The notes under the pieces are model-generated. The model was given only the letters and a program-made list of their open reading frames with translations, made no database searches and was not told where the DNA came from. From Methanomicrobiales archaeon (GTDB lineage Archaea; Halobacteriota; Methanomicrobia; Methanomicrobiales; Methanospirillaceae): a DNA stretch of 64,000 nucleotides. Shown here one piece after another: positions 9,910 through 19,570 of the stretch (position 1 is its first letter; each line of letters opens with the position of its first letter). The stretch is taken from contig JBAXJR010000003.1 in assembly GCA_037137755.1 (NCBI GenBank), positions 32,001 to 96,000 on the forward strand. The letters are read 5' to 3'. A program made the position numbers and the translations under genes.

Positions 9910-10222
9910 TCCAGATCACCTCACTCTCCACACGGGATCGGATATAATGGTCTATTCCTTTGACAGTCAGCAGATCGACTTTTCGTGAAAACAGGTCTTC
10001 GAGGTAAAACGCGAGCTTCATGAAATTATCAAAGGTTGCCTGCCCGTGTGCGAATTCGACGAGAACGTCAACATCACTTGTTCGTTTCTGCTCGCCGCGG
10101 GCAAACGAACCGAAGATGCCGATCCGTTTCACACCAAAGTCTGCACGCAAACCTGGCAGGGCCTGTTTAAGTCGGGAAAAGATCGGGCTTCTTCTCCTTT
10201 GAATTGTGAGCGGTGATTGCAA
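9899..10222 (-). CDS. Minimal nucleotidyltransferase antitoxin (MntA-like)
   Basis: GIFGSFARGEQKRTSDVDVLVEF (GSX10DXD); overlaps the HEPN gene. Confidence 0.92.
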   Translation of the reverse strand: MQSPLTIQRRRSPIFSRLKQALPGLRADFGVKRIGIFGSFARGEQKRTSDVDVLVEFAHGQATFDNFMKLAFYLEDLFSRKVDLLTVKGIDHYIRSRVESEVIWIEG

Positions 10223-10785
10223 AGATATTCTCTCTTATTAATGTGTGAGGTACTGGCACACAAAAGGCTTGTGGCGGGTGTAGGTGAGGTTCGTTTTGAG
10301 CGTTTCGATAGTTCTTCCATGTGATGGATTGACTCTCACGTAAATCGGGTGGTAAACTACAGATTTTGACTTCAACCGGATCGGAAGATGAAACCTGTTA
10401 AACAACATCCTGATAATGTCAGCACATACATTTTTTCACACAGGATATATGGGAAAAAAGTGAGTTCTGATGAAAATAAGGATAATTCGGCCTCTTTTAC
10501 TGCTAATAGGGTGGTTTTAAAAAATAATTCGTATCAAAAGCTGATGCGGTATTTCTTCAGGGCTGGTATTCCCGATAAATCGGTCGAAATTAACCCCGAT
10601 CTGCCTAATCTCTCCAGGTTATCCCGGTCTTAAAAAATCGATAAATATTGGTTTATTCAGGAGAAATAGGCGTTAAAATGGCGTTATTTACACTTATGTC
10701 AGGATAACCTGTTCTTATGGAGAGACATCAGGTATGAATCCTCTTTAACAATAAAAACGAAAAAATATAATTATTTCCTGTAATT

Positions 10786-11094
10786 TCACTTTCTCTCATC
10801 CGGTGCAACATATTTCGGGTGGAAATAGCGCCAGAGCAGGCCTGACAGGGCAATGACAATCAGGATGATACCTAAAGCCAGCCATATGGGCACGAATCCG
10901 ACATTCTGCGGAATAGCAACAGAAGGCAAAGCAAATGGAGGTGATGTCGTGGGTACAAAGGTTGTTACTGAAGTCTGCACAGTCCCAGAAGGGTAAACAC
11001 CGGTCGAATTACCTGGAACCAGAGCTGATACCGGCATGAAAAGAAGTGAAATCGCACTCAGGAAGATTAGAATATGATATACTTGGATCTTCAT
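10786..11094 (-). CDS. Small secreted, C-terminally membrane-anchored S/T/P-rich protein
   Basis: Signal peptide ending PVSA, T/P-rich linker with an NST sequon, C-terminal TM helix followed by WRYFHPK. Confidence 0.65.
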   Translation of the reverse strand: MKIQVYHILIFLSAISLLFMPVSALVPGNSTGVYPSGTVQTSVTTFVPTTSPPFALPSVAIPQNVGFVPIWLALGIILIVIALSGLLWRYFHPKYVAPDERK

Positions 11095-11227
11095 TACCTT
11101 TCATTTGGAAGGTCATTCGTATATTTCTATCTCTTCAATACGATTTGAAAAAAAGATCCTTGGATTTGTGATACAACAGTAATAATTATACGTTTCGTGA
11201 CTCTCATTTCATATACGGAATTTTCAT

Positions 11228-12472
11228 ATGACAAAAAAAAAGGGTAATACAGAGACGGGAGTTTCCGATCTGATAGGTACCATTCTTATCGTCATCCTCG
11301 TTATCGGCCTGGCCGCTGTTATTGCGGCATTTCTCATGCCGAATTTGCTGCACAAATCTGCCTATATCGCGAGCGAAGTGACTGCCTCACCGATCACCCA
11401 GCCAAGCGGACAGCAGGTGGAAGTCATCCGGCTCCTCCCGAAAAATGGAGATCCCTTTTACATTATCGGGCAGAAAAAATCCCCAGGAGGCTACCCGATT
11501 TCGGTGAGGGCCATATCTCCGGATGGACGAAATATCGGTGTGAACTGCACTGACCTGACCGGGAACCTTTACGGAAAAGAACTGTACGTGTACCCGGCAA
11601 ACCGGCCGGGTTCGGGACCTTGTGATATGTGTATTAATGACACACGGCCCACAGGTTCAATGAGGCCTATGGTAAATGGTGTCTGGACAATTCAACTTGT
11701 CGACGAGGAGTCGCATATTCTCGTGATGTCAAATGCTGATGGCAAAATTACGAAAGGTACAACCTCCCTGCCGAAGGTGGGAGGCATGCTTGGAAGTAAT
11801 GTGTATTATTCCAATTGCAGTACCCTTACACCTACCCCTGACTCAAATGCACCGACCAGTACCACGTTAGGTCCGGGCAATATGTCGTACCGGACATTTG
11901 ATGGTAGTACCCAGTATATGAAGTACCTGGATAACCCCGCCCTTGATTTTAACGGGGATATGGCAATTTCCCTCTGGTTCAATCCCAGCGATAATTCATC
12001 TACGCGACAGATCATTGGGAAAGGGCAGGCACCGAGTTATGGAAACCCTGCCACTGCAGTAAATGAGGACGACAATTACCAGGTTTTCCAGATTGGAAAC
12101 CAGCTATTGTTTGAATGGAATAATAAAGCATCACCCTACCTGCACTACCAGGCCATGACACCCCCGACCGTCCTGGCAAACCAGTGGAATTATCTGACTG
12201 TGAATGTGGAGGGCGGGAAGCTGAAAATTTATAATAATGGAGGTGCTCCCTTGGATCTTGTCTACTATAACAATAATAACCACGTTTCTCCCCCAATGTT
12301 GTCCCCCCCAACCGTGGACTTAAAGACCAACGATTATAATATGTATATCGGAAATCAATACCAAAGTGGATCGCCATATTCTTATGTTGGAGACATTGGT
12401 AGTATGGCACTTTATGACCATGCACTCAACGCCTATGAAATACAGCAGAACCTTTTGACCTATTCTGCATAA
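11228..12472 (+). CDS. Type IV pilin-like adhesin with C-terminal LamG-like domain
   Basis: TETG/VSDLIGTILIV signal; FDGS.QY...ISLWFNP...QWNYL...LKIYNNG...GDIGSMALYDHAL. Confidence 0.85.
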   Translation: MTKKKGNTETGVSDLIGTILIVILVIGLAAVIAAFLMPNLLHKSAYIASEVTASPITQPSGQQVEVIRLLPKNGDPFYIIGQKKSPGGYPISVRAISPDGRNIGVNCTDLTGNLYGKELYVYPANRPGSGPCDMCINDTRPTGSMRPMVNGVWTIQLVDEESHILVMSNADGKITKGTTSLPKVGGMLGSNVYYSNCSTLTPTPDSNAPTSTTLGPGNMSYRTFDGSTQYMKYLDNPALDFNGDMAISLWFNPSDNSSTRQIIGKGQAPSYGNPATAVNEDDNYQVFQIGNQLLFEWNNKASPYLHYQAMTPPTVLANQWNYLTVNVEGGKLKIYNNGGAPLDLVYYNNNNHVSPPMLSPPTVDLKTNDYNMYIGNQYQSGSPYSYVGDIGSMALYDHALNAYEIQQNLLTYSA

Positions 12473-12476
12473 TATC

Positions 12477-12497
12477 CCATTTTTTTTAAAAAAATGG
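12477..12497. terminator. Putative bidirectional oligo-T terminator
   Basis: ccattttttttaaaaaaatgg, near-palindromic T8/A7, 5 nt after the pilin stop and between convergent genes. Confidence 0.5.
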
Positions 12498-12625
12498 CAA
12501 TAACGGCATGAATGACAGTTTAAAAGGATAAATATTTTTATTTTTATTTTTTCTTGCTGATTGAAAAAAATCCAAAATATTAAATATATGCATCCTCTTT
12601 TATCACGGGTCTCTCTTCGAGATGA

Positions 12626-12954
12626 TCATTGCTCAGGAAATATGCACAAAGCCCTCCCTGCGGATACAATAACGAGGAATACATTTACCCAGAGTAAAAC
12701 TCCCAGGTTCCGCATGAACGCACACCATAAAATCGCCACAAAACAGATCAGGAATAAGAAAATCCAGGTCCTTAATTGCGTTGTCGTGACAAAGGTGAAA
12801 ATCCCGATGAGGGCGGCAATCGTGACGAGCGTGTAACTCATCCAGACCATTTGCTCTGTTACTAACAGGAATTATGCCCACAGGATGGCAACAAAGCAGA
12901 TCAGTAGAACATTATCCAGGTCCGCTTATGTGGTATCGCAGCTGAAGGATTCAT
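12626..12954 (-). pseudogene. Decayed small membrane protein with an internally repeated helix
   Basis: From ATG 12954: RTWIMF(frameshift)LICFVAILWA(stop), mirrored downstream by RTWIFLFLICFVAILWCAF in ORF 12626..12850. Confidence 0.45.
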
Positions 12955-13043
12955 ACGCCCCATCTGGGGATATCATACTTAACTATGTGTTTCATGACAT
13001 GGTCAGTTCATGACTGTCGACCCCCCCAAAAAATAGCAATAGA

Positions 13044-14969
13044 TCAGATGAAGAAATTGAAGATAATCACCGCAATAATGAGCATGATTGCTGCATGTTT
13101 AAGACCGGCACTGAGTGAGGCCTCTCCCATCTGACCAGCTATAATCCCTGAGAAGAACGCCTGTACCAGGCACCCGTGATACATCAGCCGGGATATGGTA
13201 TACATCGAGGCGGAACTAAAGCCGGCAAAGGCACCTGTTGCCGGGAGCCCCTTGGTATCGATGTTCCCCATTACGGGTATGAACTGGGTCGTGATAACGG
13301 CCACAACGAAAACAAAGACGATGAATGCAAGGTAAATGACTGCCGTATAGATGAACATCTCTGACATGCGTTCCTTTTTAAGGGTCTCCGACATCCGCGC
13401 ATCGCTCCCTGCGATGGTCAGCACGTCACTGATCGAACCACTCATCTTGGTCGCCTTGCTGATTAACGTAACAGTACGTGCAATCATCGGTGTCGAAATC
13501 CGCTGTTCAAATCTCATCAGTGCATCTGTAAAATTCGCGCCCCAGTCCATGTCCCGCTTGATCCGCTTTATCTCGTATGACAGGAGACCCAGCTTGGTAT
13601 TGACCATGATCGAGATCGCCTGCGATATGGTCAGCCCGACCTGGTTGATCCCGGCCATCCTGTCAAGAAAATCAGGGATCGATGCCTCAATCCCCTGGAT
13701 ATTGCGTCTCCAGAGCTCGTAAAAAATACCAAACGGGATCAGCACGATAAGAACGGCAATCACGACATGGTCATCAACCATATCGATGAACCGTTCAAAA
13801 CCGGCGGGAGGAAGACTCAGGTATACCGTGATGAGATAAACCGCTGCAACCGGGACCGTAACAAGCAGGGTCAGCTTGTAATTCATTATGAACGTCCGGG
13901 CTGGGTCCCGAATAAATTCCTTCACATTCCTGATACGGTCATAATGGAGGAGTTTTTCAAAAAATTTTCCCTCTCCCTCCTTCTTTTCGATCCTGACATC
14001 AGAATATTCCGAAAGTTCCTGTGTCCTGGTAAACCGGTTCACTGATTCAGACTTGATCGAGATCATGTCGATAAGGATGATAAATACCAGGGAGCCGATA
14101 GGGAGCAGGAGGTAAATGACAAGACCCATCTGGGTAACCGCGGCGCCACCCATCATCCCCATGACCACCATGATGATGATCAGGAACAGGGGCCCTGCGA
14201 CAAAAAGGGTAACATAGGACTCTGATATCAGCGACAGGAACTGGAGAAATTCTTTCTGTTCGAAACGGGCCTCTTCCTGGTACAACCGCACCCGGCCTGC
14301 AAGGAAGCTGGTCAGGTCCCCGCCGGTCTCGATAATTGATATCATGTCCTCGAGGAACTGTTTCATCTTTTGTGACGGGGTCGTTTCCATCAGGTGCCGG
14401 AGTGCCGTCACGACATCCATGCCAAAGAAATCGGCGTCCCTGATGACCTGCCTGAACTCGAGTGCGACTTCACCGTAAACTGGGGCATTTTCTGATATTG
14501 AACGAAAAATGACGAGTAGTTGCCCGCCACCTTTCCTCATTGCAAACATATACGCGACCGCATTATGCAGGGTGAGGTTAATCTTGGTCGCACGGTTGCC
14601 CTTCCTCATCGCCGGGTATTTCATGGCGATAAAATAAATCAGCAATGACCCGATAATAAATGAAATAACTGCCCCGATAAGGGAAATGGCCTCATTTGGA
14701 ACAGAAATCATAAGGGAATTAGGTAACGTGATTTTATACGCATTGTAAATGCCCGTATAACCAGACGGCATGCTCATGGTGAGAGTCAATGAAACAAAAA
14801 AACCGAACACCGCAAAAATAATACCGCCGAACAGCGAGACAAGCAATCCATAAAATGCATACCGCTCAGGGGTCATCGCCATGCGGGCGGAGACGAGATT
14901 TGCACTCAGGCGGGAGTATTTCTCTGAATCACGGGGGACCAACCGGTGTGCGACAGAATAAAAATTCAT
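13044..14969 (-). CDS. pilC: Type IV pilus membrane platform protein (PilC/TadC, T2SS F family)
   Basis: Two T2SS-F domains (YGEVALEF...G.D...AL...TPS; IPDFL.RMA...G.T...), many TM helices, ATGA overlap with the ATPase gene. Confidence 0.9.
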   Translation of the reverse strand: MNFYSVAHRLVPRDSEKYSRLSANLVSARMAMTPERYAFYGLLVSLFGGIIFAVFGFFVSLTLTMSMPSGYTGIYNAYKITLPNSLMISVPNEAISLIGAVISFIIGSLLIYFIAMKYPAMRKGNRATKINLTLHNAVAYMFAMRKGGGQLLVIFRSISENAPVYGEVALEFRQVIRDADFFGMDVVTALRHLMETTPSQKMKQFLEDMISIIETGGDLTSFLAGRVRLYQEEARFEQKEFLQFLSLISESYVTLFVAGPLFLIIIMVVMGMMGGAAVTQMGLVIYLLLPIGSLVFIILIDMISIKSESVNRFTRTQELSEYSDVRIEKKEGEGKFFEKLLHYDRIRNVKEFIRDPARTFIMNYKLTLLVTVPVAAVYLITVYLSLPPAGFERFIDMVDDHVVIAVLIVLIPFGIFYELWRRNIQGIEASIPDFLDRMAGINQVGLTISQAISIMVNTKLGLLSYEIKRIKRDMDWGANFTDALMRFEQRISTPMIARTVTLISKATKMSGSISDVLTIAGSDARMSETLKKERMSEMFIYTAVIYLAFIVFVFVVAVITTQFIPVMGNIDTKGLPATGAFAGFSSASMYTISRLMYHGCLVQAFFSGIIAGQMGEASLSAGLKHAAIMLIIAVIIFNFFI

Positions 14970-17137
14970 ACTCCTCGCTTCAGGAAGGCCTTTAAATCAC
15001 CGATTGATTCAATGACCCCGGCTGGATCAATATTATACGCCTGGAACAGTTGTGAGACACTGATATAATCGCGCATTCCCTGTTCTTTCATTGCGATCAG
15101 GATCATCTTGCGGATCCTGATCTCATCATCGAGCTGCTCACGACTCCATCCACGTTTTTCGGCAATATCCGCATAGACCTGGGAGCGGCCCTGGTAACTG
15201 AATCTGTCTGCCACCGGATCATAGGTGAAGACCGTGTTAACGCGGAGACTTCCGGTCACCGGGTCTGCACCGGCGATTTCCACAATCTCCTGGACCCTCC
15301 TGATCCGTTCCTGCCCCCGGTATACCAGGGCCTGGACACTGATCACATTCAGTGCCTGGAGCATGTTCCGCGGGACATTCAGGGGTTCACTCTCAAGGCG
15401 GTGGATGGCTGCGTCCACGTTCCCGGCATGGAGCGTTGAAAAGGTGGTGTGGCCGGTGTTCATTGCCTGGAACAGGGTCTGTGCCTCAACACCCCGCACT
15501 TCACCGACGATGATATACTCAGGCCGCTGTCTCATTGCCGCCCTGAGAAGGTCGAACATGGAGATCATGCTCGCGCCTTCAGCGATCGAGTCCCTCGTTA
15601 CGCTGGCAATCCAGTTCTCGTGGTAGAGGGTGATCTCTCTCGTGTCCTCGATACTGACCACCTTTGCCATCGGCGGGATAAACAGTGATGCAGCATTCAG
15701 TGAAGTAGTCTTCCCTGATGCGGTACCCCCGATGAAAAGAAGGCTTTTGTTGTTCTCGATCGCCATCCAGAAATAGACGAGCTGGTCTTCGTTAAACGTG
15801 CCAATCTCCAGCAGCTCGATAGGGGAGAACGGTTCCTCGCGGAACTTGCGTATCGTAAAGGAAGTGCCCCTTGTGGTAACTTCTTTCCCGAATGTCAGCT
15901 GAAGTCTCGATCCTTCGGGCAATGTTGCATCGATAATCGGGGAACCTGTTGAGATATGTTTTCCGGATCGCTGGGCGAGAGTAATTGCAAGGGAATCGAG
16001 AATTTCTGCTTTGAATGTGATATTTGTCTTGATGTTCCGGTAGTTCCGGTGATAGAGGAATAATGGGATCATGGTCCCGTCGCATGAAATATCCTCGATA
16101 TAGGGATCTTTCATCAGGGCCTCAATACGTCCCCAGCCGAGGAAGTTCCGAACAAGGTAATATTGCAGTTTAAAGAGCGTGTTCAGGTCCGGATTAATAC
16201 CATACTCGTGGAATAAATCATCCATCTTCTCAAGGAGCAGCTCACGCTTGTCCCTGGCCAGTTCATCATCATCGAGGATCAGGACATTCCGGAGGTCGGC
16301 ATGCACCCGCTCGATCAGTTCGTACTGGAATTCCGACAGGACCGGCTCAAACAGGAGATATTCATTCTGGTTGGTCTTTTCATTCAATGCAATGACGACC
16401 AGGGATTCCCCGACGTCAACCCAGTAGTGGTCAATCTCGCGGTAACCGCCAGGAAGTTCAGGGGCAACAAGGGGCCCTTCCTTCACGGGATCGTAGTGGG
16501 GAATGAATTTTTTTACTTTTTTACTTTTTCCAGAAGTGCCCTCTTTAGCGGCCTTGTCTTTCTTCCCTGACTCCTCATCAACATGAAATGCCCTCTTTAA
16601 TGAATCAAGGCTGGTTGTTTTTTTCCTCCCGGTCAGGGCCATTTCATCCGGGAGTAATTCAGGGACGGTTGAGGGTGTGCTCCCGGTAACATTAGCCGCA
16701 GGTAAATCGACCGTCGTATTTTGTACCGCTGTTGATGATGTCCCCTTTCCTTTACTACGATGTAAGAGGCCAGAGATCGTGTCGATAACTGATGGCCCCT
16801 TATTTTTGGCATTCGTGACCTTTTCCACCGCAGGTTTAACCGGGCTGTTTGTGCCGGCAGGGGAGATTATTACCGGTGATGGGGATTTGGGCGGCGTCTT
16901 TGATTTTATTCCCGTTTTTTTGGGTCCTAAAATAAAAGCGGAGACCTGGTCGATGAGTGAGGTACGCCTGGCAGGGGGACGGACGGCCTTGACCGTATCA
17001 GGCTTAACCGGGTTGCCGGGATTGAACGGGGGTACAGTTGCAGGGGACGAGGTTTTTTGGACAGCATCCGCTTGTTTTCCCGAACTGCTATCTCCCTTTA
17101 TTATCTTTTTAAGTTTATCCAGTCCCGGGAGCGTCAT
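14966..17137 (-). CDS. pilB: Type IV pilus assembly ATPase (PilB/VirB11/FlaI family) with a long low-complexity N-terminus
   Basis: IEDISCDG, GGTASGKTT, SIEDTREI, RQRPEYIIVGEVRG, AMNTGH..STLHA. Confidence 0.92.
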   Translation of the reverse strand: MTLPGLDKLKKIIKGDSSSGKQADAVQKTSSPATVPPFNPGNPVKPDTVKAVRPPARRTSLIDQVSAFILGPKKTGIKSKTPPKSPSPVIISPAGTNSPVKPAVEKVTNAKNKGPSVIDTISGLLHRSKGKGTSSTAVQNTTVDLPAANVTGSTPSTVPELLPDEMALTGRKKTTSLDSLKRAFHVDEESGKKDKAAKEGTSGKSKKVKKFIPHYDPVKEGPLVAPELPGGYREIDHYWVDVGESLVVIALNEKTNQNEYLLFEPVLSEFQYELIERVHADLRNVLILDDDELARDKRELLLEKMDDLFHEYGINPDLNTLFKLQYYLVRNFLGWGRIEALMKDPYIEDISCDGTMIPLFLYHRNYRNIKTNITFKAEILDSLAITLAQRSGKHISTGSPIIDATLPEGSRLQLTFGKEVTTRGTSFTIRKFREEPFSPIELLEIGTFNEDQLVYFWMAIENNKSLLFIGGTASGKTTSLNAASLFIPPMAKVVSIEDTREITLYHENWIASVTRDSIAEGASMISMFDLLRAAMRQRPEYIIVGEVRGVEAQTLFQAMNTGHTTFSTLHAGNVDAAIHRLESEPLNVPRNMLQALNVISVQALVYRGQERIRRVQEIVEIAGADPVTGSLRVNTVFTYDPVADRFSYQGRSQVYADIAEKRGWSREQLDDEIRIRKMILIAMKEQGMRDYISVSQLFQAYNIDPAGVIESIGDLKAFLKRGV

Positions 17138-17440
17138 GCCACCTCTCCTGTCACTTAATTCTTTCTATTTAGTTGTAGAGGAATCGCTATAAAAGGATAT
17201 GTAAGGTCATACACCTTTGGAAGGAGGTGGAACGTCCTAAAATACCTTAATAATTCAGAACGCTGTGATATTTTTCGATTATGCCGCAAAATTTTTATGT
17301 TGGAGTTCATTCCTGGTGACACCGCAGGATACCTGGCCGATTCCTCATAGTATGCCTGTATTCCATTCGCAGGCCGGTAATTTTTTTCGGGTCTTCCGGG
17401 AAAACATTAACAGTGCGAAGGACAAATTATAAATATAACT

Positions 17441-18280
17441 ATGGGACAGGCAGAAATTCACGACCTTTCAACAAAAAAAATGCCTACAGGCATCTCATCA
17501 CTTGACCCGATGATGGAGGGGGGGATCCCTCCCGGTACCGTCGTACTCCTGCTTTCGGAAATCGGTGCCGGTAGTTATGAATTTATCTACAGTTCCGTTC
17601 TTTCCATTTCTTCAAAGAAAAATAAAGCCCCTGTTTCTGATACGATACTTCTTCCGTCCAGTATCAGGTACGTGACTTTCACCAAGATGAGTGATGATGT
17701 AAAACGTGAGATGAAATTATCGTTTTACGACGACCTGCTCGAAGGTATAGACTCCATACAATTTGAGGACCTGTCTCAGCTCTATTTTGATGCCAGTGTC
17801 GTACCGATAGACTGGTACAGCAAGGGGGATATTGTTTCACGACTCCAGAACCGTAACAACCGCGATATCCTCTCACAGTTATCATTAACGTTCGGCCCCG
17901 GGGCAGATAACAACCTGATCGTCCTCGACTCGCTCACAGACCTTGCGACGCAATATGCAGGGACTGTCCGGTGGGGCGATCTTATGGCGTTCATGCGCGG
18001 GCTCCAGCGGATAGCAAAAAAACTGAATACAACGATATACCTGCCTCTTGCACAGGGTATACTGGATGTTAAAAATGAGCGTGAAATCGCAGATATCGCC
18101 GATGCGGTAATCCTTTTCCACTGGGAAGAGAGCTCGGCAGCCCGGCGGCAGCGGGTAATGTATTTCGAAAAATTCCGGGGCCTGATGTCACACCTCGAAG
18201 AAAAAGACCTGGTAAAGTTTTCAGTCAGGATCTCCGCTGCCATCGGGTTTGAAGTGAGTAATATCAGGGTGATCATATGA
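17441..18280 (+). CDS. KaiC-like/RAD55 RecA-superfamily protein with degenerate Walker A
   Basis: MPTGISSLDPMMEGGIPPG, SEIGAGSYEF (no Lys), IVLDSLT, EKFRG. Confidence 0.85.
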   Translation: MGQAEIHDLSTKKMPTGISSLDPMMEGGIPPGTVVLLLSEIGAGSYEFIYSSVLSISSKKNKAPVSDTILLPSSIRYVTFTKMSDDVKREMKLSFYDDLLEGIDSIQFEDLSQLYFDASVVPIDWYSKGDIVSRLQNRNNRDILSQLSLTFGPGADNNLIVLDSLTDLATQYAGTVRWGDLMAFMRGLQRIAKKLNTTIYLPLAQGILDVKNEREIADIADAVILFHWEESSAARRQRVMYFEKFRGLMSHLEEKDLVKFSVRISAAIGFEVSNIRVII

Positions 18281-18975
18281 GCGGGGGCCGGGTGAACATC
18301 GGTATTGAAGGACTTGACCAGATGATGGGTGGGGGGCTGGTCCCAGGTAGTATCGCCGCGATTATCGGCTCTTATGGTACCGGTAAGACATCCTTCGCAC
18401 TCCAGTTCTTATGGGAGGGTGTAAAGCTCGGGGAACATACAATTTACATCAGCCTCGAAGAACGTGAAGAACGGATCTTTGAATATATGGCGCAGAAAGG
18501 CTGGGACTACAAACCAGCCGTTAATAAGTTAATCACGGTATTAAAACTCGATCCATCGGATTTCAACCTTGCCATCAACCGGATTAAAAATGAACTCCCT
18601 GAACTTATCCGGACTGTTGGTGCAACACGGGTAGTAATTGACCCTATATCACTGTTTGAAGACCTTTTCGAGAGCAACTCCACAAGACGGCAGGAAATGT
18701 TCCGGTTTGTTGAAGGACTGCGAGACCAGCAGTGTACTGTTGTCATGACCAGCGAAACTGACCGGGACAACCCGTATGCAAGCCGTCACAACCTTATCGA
18801 GTACCTGTGTGACACCGTTATTATCCTGAGATATGTCAGGCCAAGTGACCTGACCGATGTCCACCTTGCACTTGAAGTGGTAAAAATGCGGTTATCGAGC
18901 CATTCGAGAGAAATTAAACCCTATGAGATCCTCCAGGACAGGATCCTCGTTCATAGCGAGGCAAATGTCTTCTGA
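18277..18975 (+). CDS. Single-domain KaiC-like ATPase
   Basis: GIEGLDQMMGGGL, GSYGTGKT, YISLEE, RVVIDPI, VVKMR.S.HSR. Confidence 0.9.
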   Translation: MSGGRVNIGIEGLDQMMGGGLVPGSIAAIIGSYGTGKTSFALQFLWEGVKLGEHTIYISLEEREERIFEYMAQKGWDYKPAVNKLITVLKLDPSDFNLAINRIKNELPELIRTVGATRVVIDPISLFEDLFESNSTRRQEMFRFVEGLRDQQCTVVMTSETDRDNPYASRHNLIEYLCDTVIILRYVRPSDLTDVHLALEVVKMRLSSHSREIKPYEILQDRILVHSEANVF

Positions 18976-19000
18976 TCTCCTGTTTTTTTAAGTTGACGGA

Positions 19001-19570
19001 TTATATCCGATCGGGTGGAATACTATCATCCATGAATGTTGAGAGGTTAGAGATCATTATAGGGTCAAGTCCTTTAATGACGGCAAGGAAGATGCCGGGT
19101 GTATCAATCAGCCGGAGACGGTTGGAGATATAATGAATAAATTTTGAGATACTTGCTGACGGGAGATAGATCAGCATGGTACTGACCGAGTCGAACACTA
19201 TACAGGGTTATTTATCCGAAAATTCGTTCAGTACCCAGATTATTGCGATACCCAGATCGGTCAGGTTTGAGAGGCTGCTGATAAACCGCACATTCGCTTC
19301 AACCTGGGGTGTTGTCCCGATCGCATAGGTTGTTTTGGCGTCTATGAAAAACATCTTCGATAGATCGAATCCTCCCCTTACGTAATTCTTTTTGAGGACT
19401 TCAGTGGGCTGGTAGGTGGTAATGATAATTACGTGGTAGCCCTTGTCCACCATCGCTTTCACGATATCGGTATTCTCCGTTTTCAACCGGTTGGCGGTGA
19501 TCAGCCGGAGGAGCAGATATTTTCCGCGGGAGATGTCCCCCGCCAGTGTCTCTATCGAATCCAGGCACAC
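19001..19570 (-). pseudogene. Inactive KaiC-like/RecA-fold protein (DUF7504/DUF835-like) interrupted by one TAA
   Basis: ORFs 19208..19570 and 19001..19198 share a frame: ...EFSDK*PCIVFDSVSTMLIY; FFIDA and VFDSVS motifs, no Walker A. Confidence 0.7.

Noticed and set aside
10230-10400. Possible DUF2281-like antitoxin remnant (VEVKICSLPPDLRE...) upstream of the MNT gene
   Set aside because: Too short and broken to support by eye
1-12472. Diversity-generating retroelement or invertase shufflon acting on the pilins
   Set aside because: No reverse transcriptase or recombinase in the window, and differences between the duplicated copies are not adenine-specific
13044-18975. Archaellum (arlHIJ) locus
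   Set aside because: No archaellins, arlF/G or chemotaxis genes; the neighbours are pilins
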